64,000 nucleotides of DNA from contig JAGIQG010000004.1 of the NCBI GenBank assembly GCA_024679065.1, positions 50,902,001-50,966,000 of the forward strand. Reading direction: 5' to 3'. The translations under genes and the position numbers were made by a program. Positions 1 through 11,770 of this stretch are shown here, piece after piece (position 1 is the first letter of the stretch; each line of letters starts with the position of its first letter). This stretch comes from Sphyrna mokarran. Its lineage: Eukaryota. The notes under the pieces were generated by a model. The model made no database searches and was not told where the DNA came from. It saw only the letters and a program-made list of their open reading frames with translations.

Positions 1-843
1 TCAGAATTGTGTGTCAATAAGATGACAAGGGAGCAGGAGTTTGGGGGTGGGTGGTGAATGAACCGGTGCTTATGAGGCTCAGATCTTGGTTGGCATGGGG
101 GTCCGCAGATCCGGGGGTCCACACCCTGAAAGCCTGGGAAACGGAAAGGAGATTGCTCTCGGAGACCTCACAGCACTGGAACTGCCAGCCTTCCCACCCG
201 GTTTACTCAAGCGGCTGCTTTGCCAGCAACACTGCACTCGCTGAGCGTTTGATTAAAAAATGCATTTGATGTCCGCTTTTCTGTGAATGTTCTTACAACT
301 CCCCTCCCTTTCCACTTCTCCAGTCACTCCCGCAAGCAGCTGCCCTGCCTGTCTGCTTGACGCCTAAACCGTCGTGTATGCTAACTTAAGTGCTTCAGTG
401 CCCTAATTGAGAGTGATTTTGTGGTCAAATCCGTTTAACAGCGTGATATGATGGGTGTGATCGATGTGTAGAGCCCACCATAATCTGCTGATGTAGTAAA
501 CATTCTCTGGCCCCCAAGACAGCATTTGGATCAAAGTCCAATTCCTTTTTTTTGAAAAAAAAACACATTGGATAGATGCAAGTTAAGTGCATGAATGTGA
601 GAGTGTTTCAGAAATGGATTCTGCATATATTCGATATGTGTGTGTTGCGTTGGGTCACTATTTGTTTGCAATGCAACGCTGATGGTCATTTATTTTTGCA
701 ATTGCATGGAATACAGTGAGTCCTGCATCGTTTGTAGGGGGTGCAGGCAGAGCTAGAGAGAGCAGGCTTTTCTGCCACCTCCCGTAAGAAGCAGTGTTGC
801 CCTGTCTCTCTGGTTAAGGTGCAGTCAGCAGTCGGAGGGTTGG

Positions 844-970
844 ATTGGCGCAGGCTCCAGTCTATTTGACGTCAGTGTGGAGTGGGGCTGAGCCTGGCGC
901 ACTCTGTGTCTCTCCCTCCATTGTGAGCTGCCGAAGGATGCGATCGGGCTGATCTGCTGCCGCCGCCCCG
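844..970 (+). promoter_or_regulatory. Proximal promoter elements of the G-alpha-o gene
   Basis: Inverted CCAAT (ATTGG 844-848), perfect palindromic CRE TGACGTCA (867-874) and GC box CCGCCCC (963-969), 350-480 nt upstream of the ATG in GC-rich sequence. The TSS is not determined. Confidence 0.65.
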
Positions 971-974
971 CTGT

Positions 975-1046
975 ACACACACACACAACACACAGCCCAC
1001 CAGCACTGAGCCCACCATACACACATACACACACACACACACGCAC
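975..1046. repeat. Interrupted (CA)n microsatellite in the promoter/5' UTR region
   Basis: Two CA-dinucleotide runs, at about 975-993 and 1019-1046. Confidence 0.9.
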
Positions 1047-1287
1047 AGGCAGCACCCCCTCCTTCCATCTGTCCCCTTCCCACTGGGGCTCAATCTTGCA
1101 ACGACAAGGGGGAAAAAAAAAATACTCTTCCTCCTCTTCCAGGATCTTTCTCTCTCCTTCCTTCTCCCCTCATCCGCTGTTCACCGCCAAAAGGAAAAAG
1201 GAGTGAGCCTCGTCCCCTGGCTTTGGATGTGCGATTAAATCCCAGCGTCTCCCAACACCGAGGGTTCAGTTCGAGAGTGTGAGTTGA

Positions 1288-1542
<255 letters not shown>

Positions 1543-1647
1543 TAATCTCCCTTTATCCCCCCTCATATTTGTCAAACCTTCCTCTTTTTTTTCTTCCTCT
1601 CCACTCCCCAACCCTACTTTCTCAATTTTCTCTTTTTTCCCCCACAG

Positions 1648-1690
1648 GGGCGGGAGAATCAGGGAAAAGCACCATCGTAAAGCAAATGAA
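1648..1690 (+). CDS. GNAO1: G protein alpha subunit, Go class, coding exon 2 (P-loop)
   Basis: Polypyrimidine tract + CAG acceptor at 1647; 43 nt encoding (G)AGESGKSTIVKQM(K); donor AA|GTAAGT at 1691. Phase joins exon 1 across a 206-nt intron. Confidence 0.96.
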
Positions 1691-2760
1691 GTAAGTGGCT
1701 TCTGTTTTTATTTTGCATTTTTTGGTATGGATTTTAATATGATGGAGATACTTTTTTCTGTATGTTCACTGTTCATTTTGAGTCGAGACTGTATCTTGAG
1801 GTTAAGATGTATATTAATGGCAGGGGCCCGCCATGTTTATGGTGCTATTATCTTACATTCTTATGTCCAATATATTGACGATTTTGGTGAAAGGGACTGT
1901 GACTCTTCCCAACATGTGCAGTGTGGTTGGTGATTGGAGAGACAGTTTTTTTTCTGGGGTGGGGTCCATATTTTTAGTGTTAATTTTCCTGTTTCTTTGG
2001 AAAGGGTGTGGGTCTGGTGTATTTATGCTGTAGCTCTGTCACCATAGCAGGACTTGCATCTGTGAATGTGCAAAGATGCATCAGGATTGAGACTCTGCTT
2101 CAGAGGAGGGGCAGGGGGGGTGGGGGGAAAGCATCCCTAGCTACCAATTAACCTTTAATGCCAAGCTTTCATCTTTCAACCTTTTTTTGTCATGTTTGAT
2201 CGCTTGAAATTGGCTGCGATGCCAGTTACGTGGTATTTAAAAAAAAATACATCGAATGCGGATTCAACCTGACAGATGGCAGATTGAACACTTGCCATTT
2301 AAAGATTGTTTTAACTGAGATATTATGGTTCATTGTTATAATTAATCAGCCAGAATTCACTTGGGGTTTCAATAACAAATGGTACACTCATTGCTAGCAA
2401 ATTTGTGAGATTACCTAGATCACATAGCGAGTTGGTCCCACCCTTTTCTATCCACTCCCCTTGCATCTTGTTTTCTTTATTGATTGTGTAGATTCTTACA
2501 ATCTGGGGGCTAAGGAAATATGTTTTAGCAATGGCAATGTCTTCTTCGTAAGCACACATTATTGCTTTACAGGGATAATTCAGGCCTCTTTATTATCCAT
2601 GTATAAATTGCCAGGTCTGTGTTTATGTATAAATGTCACTAAGACCAGATACAAAAATCAGGAACTCATGGAATGTTGGCCTTTTCCTGAAGTACATTGG
2701 GATGCAAACATGAGGATTTCGTGTTTCAGCCTTGAATATAGGGCCATGGACAGACCCCCA

Positions 2761-2959
2761 AAATATTGTGGATGCTGGAACCTGAAACAAAAACAGAAAA
2801 TGCTGAAAAATCTCAGCAAGCCTGACAGCATCTGTGGGAAGAGAATAGTCAAACGTTTCTAATCTAGATGATCCTTTGTCGATTTGAAACATTGGTTCTA
2901 TTTTCTCTCCACAGATGCTGTCAAGCCTGCTGAGATTTTCCAGCATTTTCTGTTTTTGT
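2761..2959. mobile_element. Palindromic element, probably inverted Penelope pseudo-LTRs
   Basis: Arms ACAAAAACAGAAAATGCTG...GACAGCATCTGTGG (from 2787) and the reverse complement (to 2959); degenerate GAAAC hammerhead remnant near the centre. Family origin recalled, not searched. Confidence 0.7.
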
Positions 2960-2979
2960 CCTAATTTGATATGTATTTG

Positions 2980-3460
2980 GTACTGGCCATCACATTTCAG
3001 GATGGATATATGGATCTCAAAGAGAGAGTATAGTGTAGATTCATCAGATTGATATAGGGGCTTAAAGAGTTAACTAATGAGGAGAGGTTGCATAAACTAG
3101 AGAATCATTCCCCTGAGTTTAGTTGGTTGAGTGGCCTGATCAAGATGTTTAAAATAACAAAAGGATTTAATAGGGTAGGTACGCAGGAACTTGGGTGGGG
3201 TGATCGAAGGCGTAGGGCACAATTTTTAAATAAAATCCAGGCCTCTGAATTGAAATCAAGAAACACTTTTTACACAAAGGAGCATGAGAAAGTTGTACAT
3301 TCTAGGACATTTCACATTTTGAAGTTTGAGATTGGTTGACCTGTGTTGGTTAAGGGAATGGGGATATGAATCAAATACAGGCATATGGATTTGAAGATTA
3401 TACTGATTGAATGGCAGAACAAGTTTAAGAGCATGAATAGGTCTATTTCTGTTTTTGCCT
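2980..3460 (+). mobile_element. CR1 LINE 3' fragment, degenerate
   Basis: Remnant of the CR1 ORF2 C-terminus (..EERLHKL..LIKMFKITKGFNRV) followed by a CR1-type 3' UTR. Confidence 0.75.
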
Positions 3461-3914
3461 GTGACTGGGTCAGCCTTGTATGTTATATCTTGGAGCTGCA
3501 TATTTGCTGTACATCTGCTTGAGAGCTGTATTTTTTGTAGTTGTCTATATGTCTTGATTTAGAATGGAAAATTACCTGTACAACAGCACATTTTTCTGAG
3601 TATTGTAGCCCTGATCAACTAATTTCATGAACAGCTGGCTGGAGATCTATGTCTAAGAACCTGGATCTTGTTTGCATGATAGTGCCAAGGTTGTAGTCCA
3701 AAAGTGATGATGCTGTAGCTTGGATTTGTATCTGTGTACATGAGTAGGACGTGAGTGCAAAATTGGTGTTGGGATTTGGGATGGGACAGTGTGGGTTGGG
3801 GTCTGGGCTTTCTGGTATGAAATGGCCTGGGTCTGTGTTTACCTGCCTGGTCTGGTTCACTTGGGCCCAGGTCTTCACATTTTAGTTTTCCACCTTTAAC
3901 ATCACCCATTTCCA

Positions 3915-4590
3915 CTGCTGTCTCAATTCATCTCCTGCAACCCCATTATAATTTCTGAACTTGACTATTTCCATGTTCCTTGGCAAATCTCTTTCTACGT
4001 TTTACTCTTTGTAGTTCTGTTGTTGGTATTCTCACTCTCTCTAAGTCCTATTACCCCTGTGCTTGCTGATCCACATTGGCTCCCAATCTGGTAGTAACTA
4101 AGCTGGTCATTTATGGCTCAGAAGGATGCCATTTGGCCCATCGGGTTCATGTTGGTTCCCTGCAGAGCAATCCAGACGGTTCCAGTTCCCTGCTTCATCT
4201 CCTTGATCCTGATGGTTTATTTCCTTCCAAGTGCCCATCCAATTTCCCTTGGAGTTCATTGATTGTTTTTGCTTCTGTCATTATTGTTTTAAAATTTTCA
4301 TCCATGTTGCAATTCCCTCCATGGCCTCGTCGTTCTCCATATCCTCCAGTTCCCATATTCCTCAGATATCTACCCTCTTCCATCCTGATCTCTTGACTCT
4401 CCCTGATTTTAATCGCTGCATTCTTGGCGATTGTGCCTTTAGCTGCCAGAACCCTAAGTCCTGGTTTTCTTTCCCGAAACCTCTTGGCCTCCCTTCTTCT
4501 TTGAACACGAGCCTTAAAATCCACCTCTTTGACCAAGCTTTCAGTTAGCTGGGCACGCTAAAGGTGCCATAGCAATGTAGTTCCTTGTTA
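3915..4590 (+). mobile_element. L2 LINE 3' fragment, with a short antisense CR1 tail inserted at about 4110-4250
   Basis: L2-type 3' motifs (ttgactatt..., tgtgcctttagctgcc, cttaaaatccacctctttgaccaagctt). The inserted piece gaaggatgccatttggcccatcg is the antisense CR1 tail. Confidence 0.65.
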
Positions 4591-4624
4591 GGTGGTTGTT
4601 TTGAGCTGTGAGTTTGATGTGAAG

Positions 4625-4920
4625 CTGTGGCCTCTTGCTCAGTGTCTGCGCGGGGCCCGAAGCTGGGAGGGTTTCCCGGGCTTGTTGTGTGTGTTGGGCT
4701 GAGCCTGGAGCTCAGTCTGAGCAGGGGCAGCCAGCCGGTCGCGGCCCCCAGCGGCGAGACTTGGCGAAGCGGCCCCAGGAGCGGTGTGAGAACCGCGGCC
4801 GCCCAGAGTTTTTCAGGCACTTTGGCTGGTGGACAGCGCCCTGGGAAACGGCGGGAGGCGGATTGGGAGAGATCGGGCCGACTCGGGGGGACTCGGCTGC
4901 CGGGGACAGGATCGCTCACT
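4625..4920. promoter_or_regulatory. Intronic CpG island, candidate internal promoter
   Basis: Abrupt ~300-bp GC- and CpG-rich block (includes GCGGCCGC) in an otherwise CpG-depleted intron, with no similarity to the repeat families seen here. Confidence 0.6.
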
Positions 4921-5138
4921 CTGGGATTGGTCACTTACTGGTGTTGGTCAAATCTTTGGGATTGGTCATTTTAGGTTTGGTCACTGAGATTGGTCACTGG
5001 GACTGGTTGGTACTGGCATTAGTCACTTTAGGATTGATTGGTCACTGGGATTGGTCGGTCACTTCAGAATTGGTCACTGGGATTGGTCACTTTAGGATTG
5101 GTTGGTCACTAGGATTGGTCAGAGCCCTAGGATTGGAT
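4921..5138. repeat. Degenerate tandem array of GGATTGGTCACT (inverted CCAAT boxes)
   Basis: Exact ATTGG at 4926, 4961, 4989, 5037, 5050, 5069, 5082, 5097, 5114 and 5132, plus variant units; unit about 13-19 bp. Confidence 0.9.
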
Positions 5139-8100
5139 AGCACTGCCGCAGAACCTGGAGAAGGGGCTTCGTCCCCGTTGAGCATGGCCCAGTTACCATT
5201 GGTGTAAAACTTCACACTGAGCTGACAGTGGAGACACAAGCACGCCACATCAGCTTGGTTTGTCTTTAGGCTTGGCGTGGTTGTAAATCAGTCAGCAGCA
5301 AGACGCCTGTTTCTTCCTTCCTCAGCAATGCTGCAGAATTTGCTTGTTCACATTGCAATCAGCAAACTAATGGTGCAAAATTGTACATAGCTGGATTCTT
5401 GAAAGTCAAAATTTGGGATTTGTAATTCTTCTAGTTGTTGGGAAATTTGGAAGACAAATGGGAAAGATGAAATGGGTCGAGAATTAAGCCCTGTCTTGTG
5501 TATCTGTCTTGCATGGATCCTCGTGTTCATTTTCACTCTTGACAAGAAACATCAGGAATTTATCTCCTGGATGGTACCTATTGCTAATAAAATCACATTG
5601 CAAATCATTTACAGTTTTGTTACCAAAATTGAGACTCATCAACAGTAACCATATAAAATTTACATTTATATAACATCTTTAACATGAGATAGGATATTTT
5701 ACTAATATAGATCATAAGTTGTGAAATAAAAACAGCATTCCCATATATCACACCATGTTTGAAATAGATGCTATTGACTGCATGACTTGATCACACGAAC
5801 AATTCATCTGTGCCACCCACCATCCCTCTCTCATCTTGGCAAAAATGGATCAATCTGATTCTACAGTTTCATGTATTGTATTGTAAAGAATCTGTGCATG
5901 GATGTGTGGACTTTATATTTGTAGATTATACTGTTAAATCTGTCTAGATTTGCTTTAATTGTTCTTATTGTTAAGTCTCTTCAGTGTGTCAGTACTTTGC
6001 AATGCACCTTTGCCTATTTATTAAGCAAGTTTTTTTTTTCAACAATGCAAAATTGTGTGAGCTGTACAGAAATTGGGAATTCATAGGCTGTTTGAACCAA
6101 CTGGACACAGTAATTTGTCTAAAAAGCATTGCAAATGTATTTAGATTTACAAGTTATTCCACAGGGAGTAAAATGCTGGCAATTGCATTAAACCATTGTA
6201 AATGAATGTCTTTCAATTTGACAGCACTCCTCTATTTAAGAATAAAAGGATGGCAAATGAATGCGCCAATTCTTGGCTGTTATTAACAAAAAAGTTTGTC
6301 ATCATCATTTATGTTTGAACTATAGAAACAAAAGACAAAACCTATAAAGTATTTGGATTCATTTAGGCATTTGTTGGATGGACAGAGAATGAGAACAGAT
6401 CCAAATACTAAACTTGGTCTCCTGGAGACTATCCACTGGTATATCCTGACACAAGTCGAATTCTAAATATTTGGGATGGGCACCCAATTGTTTTCTTCCA
6501 GTGATCATTTAAGAATCCTTGGATTTTCGAACAGTATCTGGATACTGTTGTCTTATGAGACATGCCTGGGAGGTGTATCTTTGCTGCATACTTCAGTCAG
6601 CTCACAATTGATAAATAGTGGGAGGTGTTCTTCGGTGGACCTAAAATTATTTGGGTCTACTGAATAATTTCTTGTACTTGCAAAGACATGAAGGTGCAAT
6701 AACAATTCATGGAAGTTTACATTTGTGGAAAAGAACAGTGCAAATGTTTGGATCACATCTTTAATATTTGGATCCAATGCAATGGAGCTCAATGCAACGA
6801 AGCCTGGATTAGAGTATGATCATTGTCTTGCAAGGAAACTTTTGGTGGGCAAAATTCAGAACTGTTTTCTGAGAGTGGTTCCATTTCTTAGAACATTGAA
6901 AGAATGAATTGAAAGGGAATATTTGAATGCTTTGTTTTGATAGGGATTCAAGCATTGTGGTATTTTGCCACTGTGATCTTGCAAATACTGAATTCCCTTT
7001 TTTTCTTGTACGTGGATTCTCATCATTATCAAATTACTATTTAGTTATTCAGTAACCTCTTTGGAACTATCAATTATTATGTGCTGTGTCTCAGACTTGA
7101 GAACAAGAGCAACAAATAACAATTCTTTTGAGAATCACCTGCATCAAATCATTTTAAAATAGCAAAAAGGTGAAAAGATTTCACAGATACATTGTGACGA
7201 TGGTCAAATATCAAGAGAGTCCGAACACTGATTTGCTTCACAGCTTGCAATAATAGGCAGGATACAAATATTGAAAGGATTATGTCTTTTTTTTTTGTTG
7301 TTTTTATTTTAGAACTCCCATTCGTGTTATTGTTAGGTCCCCAATCTCTGCAGTTCCAGATGATTAATTAGATACAGTGACAGTGAACCTGTTGCACCTG
7401 ATCCTGTATAACCGGTTGTTTTGCGAAGCAGGTCAGCCCGTAGGGAGCGTAAGAACGTTCGGTGTCTTATAATAGCTCAGTCAAAACAGAAAGGTTGATA
7501 TTGTGCGAAATGCCATTGATTTATTTTAAATTGCCACTTTATTTAAGATGTTGATGTTTATCTAAGATACAGGAGAGATTTTAAGGAGTGATATTACAGT
7601 GCAATAATCTGCCAACCAACAAAGTAACCATGCTGAAGTTGAAGTATGTTCCTCTGAATTGTCCTACAATCCTTTCAGTGTTCAAGGCATAGGTCTCCCA
7701 CTTCCTGACTCTTTTTTTGTCGTCATTCTACAAAGGTGCAAGGCACATTACACCCTGATAGGAGACATTTTGCATATGGTCCTCTTACTCATTGGCGATG
7801 TCAGATTTTGCTCCAGTGACATGATAAATATACATTGAGTCTCAAGAGCTACACTCTAAATTTATGTCTGTGAAGCAATTGCACTTCCAATTCCCTCTCC
7901 TCCACAACCTGCCAGAGTAACAGTCTTATAAACCTAAAACACAGAAACAAATGAACTAAGGTACAGGATACCCTGGATAGCTTGATGTAGAATATCTGGC
8001 AACTCAGATTGTTGCTCATTTTTACAAAATAATTCTGAAAGCTGTTATTTACAGAACACTAAAAATGGATGAGTTCCATCAGAGTGACAGAATTTGAAAT

Positions 8101-9039
8101 ATTTTAATCAACACATAAGCTGAAGATTTATAACAGGAATTATGTTGTCCACCTTGAAATGTTTCTGAATTATTGCAATTTTGTGAATTTAAACAGTGTA
8201 CAATATTTTCACTCAAATGAATGAGATTATTGAATTTTAAATTCTTAATGATCTAGGTTCATAGTCCGATATCAACTGCCAGTTTTATTTAATTATTTTG
8301 AATTTGTGGGACTGAGTCAATTTAAAGTGTTTTCCTTCTCCATTTTGAAATTGTTGCTGATGGGGACAGTGAATTGGTTGGAAAATGGGCATTTTATCTG
8401 TGGGAATTGGATAAGATTTCAGTGTAGCCCAACACTGTGCTTCTTGGAGTGGTTGTAAGGGGTATGGGCACGCTCCAATTTCAACCCAGTTCTTACTGGG
8501 TGTAAGTTCACACCTAATATCAATCAGTAGCTTTGCTCAAGTGGAATATATGGATGGCTCCATTATTGGTGCAGTAGGCAATAATTTTTCAAGTTACATT
8601 TAAAACACATTGGGAATTTACTTTGAAGTTAGCATTTTTTATAAATGGCATGAAGGTGCTTGATGAAGCAATATTGATGGAGCTTTGTCCTGTAAGTAAT
8701 CCATACTGCACCCTCTTTGGCAGCAGTCTCTTGGGTGGTACAGAGAAGCCTTCTCTGGACCAACTGAATAATAAAAGTAACGACTACTGAAATCTCCAAA
8801 TGCCGCAGTCAGCTTGAATCATTTGGTAGCATTCTCACCTCAAAGCCAAGGCTGAATACTTTAATTCAGCATTGAGGGAGTACCATGCCATCTGTGAAAG
8901 CTGACCCCATCCATGTAAATGATGCTGTAGAAGGGGAGAATGTAGTTAAGATGCAGAGATGGGATAAATAAATAGTTTGAGTCAATATTGCATGGGTGTT
9001 GGATGTTCAAAGTCAGACCTTGTGGAAAAGTCAAGATTC

Positions 9040-9285
9040 ATCTTTCTCCATCCCTCCCCATTTTGCCTTATAGTTAATGGTTGCACCTTCAACTGTTTGG
9101 ACCCTACATCTTGAGATTCCCTCCTTAAGCTCTTTCTCCCATTTCTCTACTTCCCTTTAAGAATCTCTTTTGGCTACCCTTCCCAATATCTTCTCCTTTG
9201 GTCCAGCCTCTTTTTTTTTTACTGTCTCACAAAGCACATTGATGTCTATGTTAAAGATGTGACCATAAATGCAAATTAGTGTTGA
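9040..9285 (+). mobile_element. L2 LINE 3' end fragment
   Basis: Same 3' motif series as 4290-4590 (ggttgcaccttcaactg..., gattccctcc..., ataaatgcaa terminus). Confidence 0.6.
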
Positions 9286-10661
9286 CAAAGATTTCTGCTA
9301 TTATTATAGCACAGTTACAATTACCAAGAACATCTATTCAACCTTGGACATTTGTTTGAGAAGGACAGAAGATATACAATTCAAATCAGATGCTTTAGGA
9401 CAGATGAACACAGAGCTGAGAGGCAACAGCATTTCTAAGTAGCTTTGAGAGGAAGGGAGCTGGCATTGGCATGGTATTTGGAAAGAACAGATGGATGACA
9501 AGTGAGTTTAGGTAGCAGGGAGTTTAGGTAGCCTGAGGAAGAATGAGCATAAATAACATTGGTTAACATTGAAACAAGGAACTCTGTAGAAGGGAATTAA
9601 GAGTCAAGAAGATAGGCGTTGGTTGATTGTAGCTTGGTGAGAAGGGGTGATAAACAGATGAGGGTCCAGTTTGCAGATGGAAAGGAACTAGCTGATGATC
9701 TTGATTTTGGAAGAGGAATTCCATTAACTTTTTACATTTGGTGCTTGGGATGATGGAGAGGGGTGGAAAAAAGAGGCTTAAGGAACCATTATTTTTGCCC
9801 TCCAGGATGATCCTGCGTTATTGTGTGATTTTTTGACTGAAGCGGGTAGAGAATAATGGTGGTTTATGGCTGCTATACATTTTATTGAAGCTTGTCTTCT
9901 CACTTAAAGAAGCTAAGAATGATGATCTGGAGCTGTGACTGCAGTATTAATCTAAAGCTTTTGAATAGATGCTGACTATTGTACATGTCCTGTCTTTCCT
10001 TGACTGATTTTCACATTTGTGCTTTTATTATTTTGTGTAAAGCAACAGTCTAATTTGTGCAAAAAAGTGGTGGAAACACCATCCTCACTTCGCCCTCTCT
10101 ACTTCTTGTCTGTAAATCAATTCACATTCTTTGGGAACCAGGAAATGCTTTGATTAAATACAGCCTACACCATCTATATCCCATCCTGCTGTTTAATTAT
10201 GATTGATAAGTGAATAGTTTTCATTTGGTCATACTCCTAAATGTAGATTTACATTGTTTTAAAAAAGTCTCAATTATAAGTTATGACAAGAATAAGAATC
10301 CTTTATTACCTGGAAGATCATTGTCATTGTTATTTTATCTCTTATTGGCCCTGTTTAATGTGGTTTTATCACAATTACCCCATGCGGAGATCATAAAATC
10401 TGATGTCTAACCCCATACTTCAAGAATTCAAAACTGCACAATCAAAGCAGTATTACCACTGAATGTATAGTTTTAACATATTACATCATTATATCAGTCC
10501 AGCAGTTTCCTTAACATTTTGGATGGGATATGTTGAGAGTTCAGCTGGTCCAATTTGCAATGGCAAGTTTGTTGAAAGTAAAAACTGAAAGGTTCCACTG
10601 TAATCACAGCAAGCCTGAGTAATCTCTAGTCCCTTTTTTAACAAAAGAACACATTACTAAT

Positions 10662-10940
10662 GGGGTGGTACAGTAGTTACCACTACTGCCTCACAGCGCC
10701 TGGAATCTGGGTTCAATTCCCGGCTTGGATCACTGTCTATGCAGAGTCTGCACGTTCTCCAAGTGTCTTTGTAGTTTCTACCGGGTGCTTTGGTTTCCTT
10801 CCCCCAGTCTGAAAGATGTGCTGGTTAGATGCATTGACCATGTTAAATTCTCCCTCAGTGTGCCTGAACAGGTGCCAGAGTGTGGCAGTAGGAGAGTTTC
10901 ACAGTAACTTCATTGCAATGACATTAATAAATAAACTTTA
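10662..10940 (+). mobile_element. tRNA-derived V-SINE (HE1-like head, tail type B)
   Basis: A/B-box head (gtggtacagtagtta...gggttcaattcc), V-domain (ccgggtgctttggtttcc), tail ttcacagtaacttcattgca...aataaataaacttt. Confidence 0.85.
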
Positions 10941-11466
10941 AAACTAGAGAAATGCAAGTTAATAATATAGAAAATGTAAAGAGGAAAAAGCATAATTATA
11001 TATTGCTTTACCATCACAATATTGTCAGAAATATGTTGAGCACAATTTGGATGATTGCAGTTTGTGTTTATGTTTGCAGTGTTATCCTGTACTGATTCTA
11101 AATAAGACCCACTCCACTTACTATAAAATGAAAAGATTATATCTCATTACTGTTAGCTTTTAGTTGTTTCTTTGCACCTGCTTCGTGTATGAGAAAGTGT
11201 CCATGTTCTAACTTGTCTTTTTAGGACCCTGAGGCAAGTTGAAGCGTGTTCATCTGAATGATCGCACAATTCTTTAATGTTCAATTTATAGGTCTCCTAC
11301 TGATAACACCGTTCCATTTAACCTTTTCTTCATAAGCTTTCTTGTGACAAGTTTCCATAAGTTTTCAAATAATAAATGTTCTTTTAAAGATTCAAATACT
11401 TTTTAATAAACTTTCGTCCATGAACCAAGGTGTTCTAAAGAAACTGGAGTTGTGTGCTGCTAAATC

Positions 11467-11770
11467 AGAGAATCTCTGAATGTAAAAGGAGTCCATTTGG
11501 CCCAATGAGTCTGTGTCAAGTCTCTGATAGAATATCTGCCCCATCCTATCCCATGGCTAATCTATCTAACCTACACATATTGAGAAGGTGAGGGACAATT
11601 TAGCAAGGCCAGTCTGCCTAAGTGTCTTTTGTGGGAGGAAATCAGAGCACCCAGAGAAAACCCACGCAAATGTGGGAAAAATGTGCAAACTCCACACAGA
11701 CACCCAAGACTGGAATTGAGTCTCGCTCCCTGGCACTCTGTGGCAGTTGTGCTAACCACTGTGCGACCCG
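11467..11770 (-). mobile_element. HE1-like V-SINE with CR1-type tail
   Basis: Reverse complement of head (gctaaccactgtgc), V-domain (gtgggaggaaatcagagcaccc) and CR1 tail (ccatttggccca). Confidence 0.8.

Noticed and set aside
3771-3807. G-quadruplex-capable tract with six G3+ runs
   Set aside because: The motif is real, but such tracts are common and nothing else supports a function.
4921-5138. CRISPR-like repeat array
   Set aside because: Units are short and degenerate with no unique 25-45 bp spacers; no cas genes; vertebrate intron context.
4545-5207. Overlapping 115-190 aa ORFs
   Set aside because: By-product of high GC content and the tandem array; no recognisable domain.
9919-10007. 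Possible C/D box snoRNA (ATGATGA ... CTGA)
   Set aside because: No terminal stem and no recognisable rRNA or snRNA antisense element.
10662-10735. tRNA gene-like A/B boxes (also at 23450-23523, 31372-31452 and 37048-37115)
   Set aside because: These are SINE heads; no cloverleaf or anticodon arm, and each continues into SINE body.
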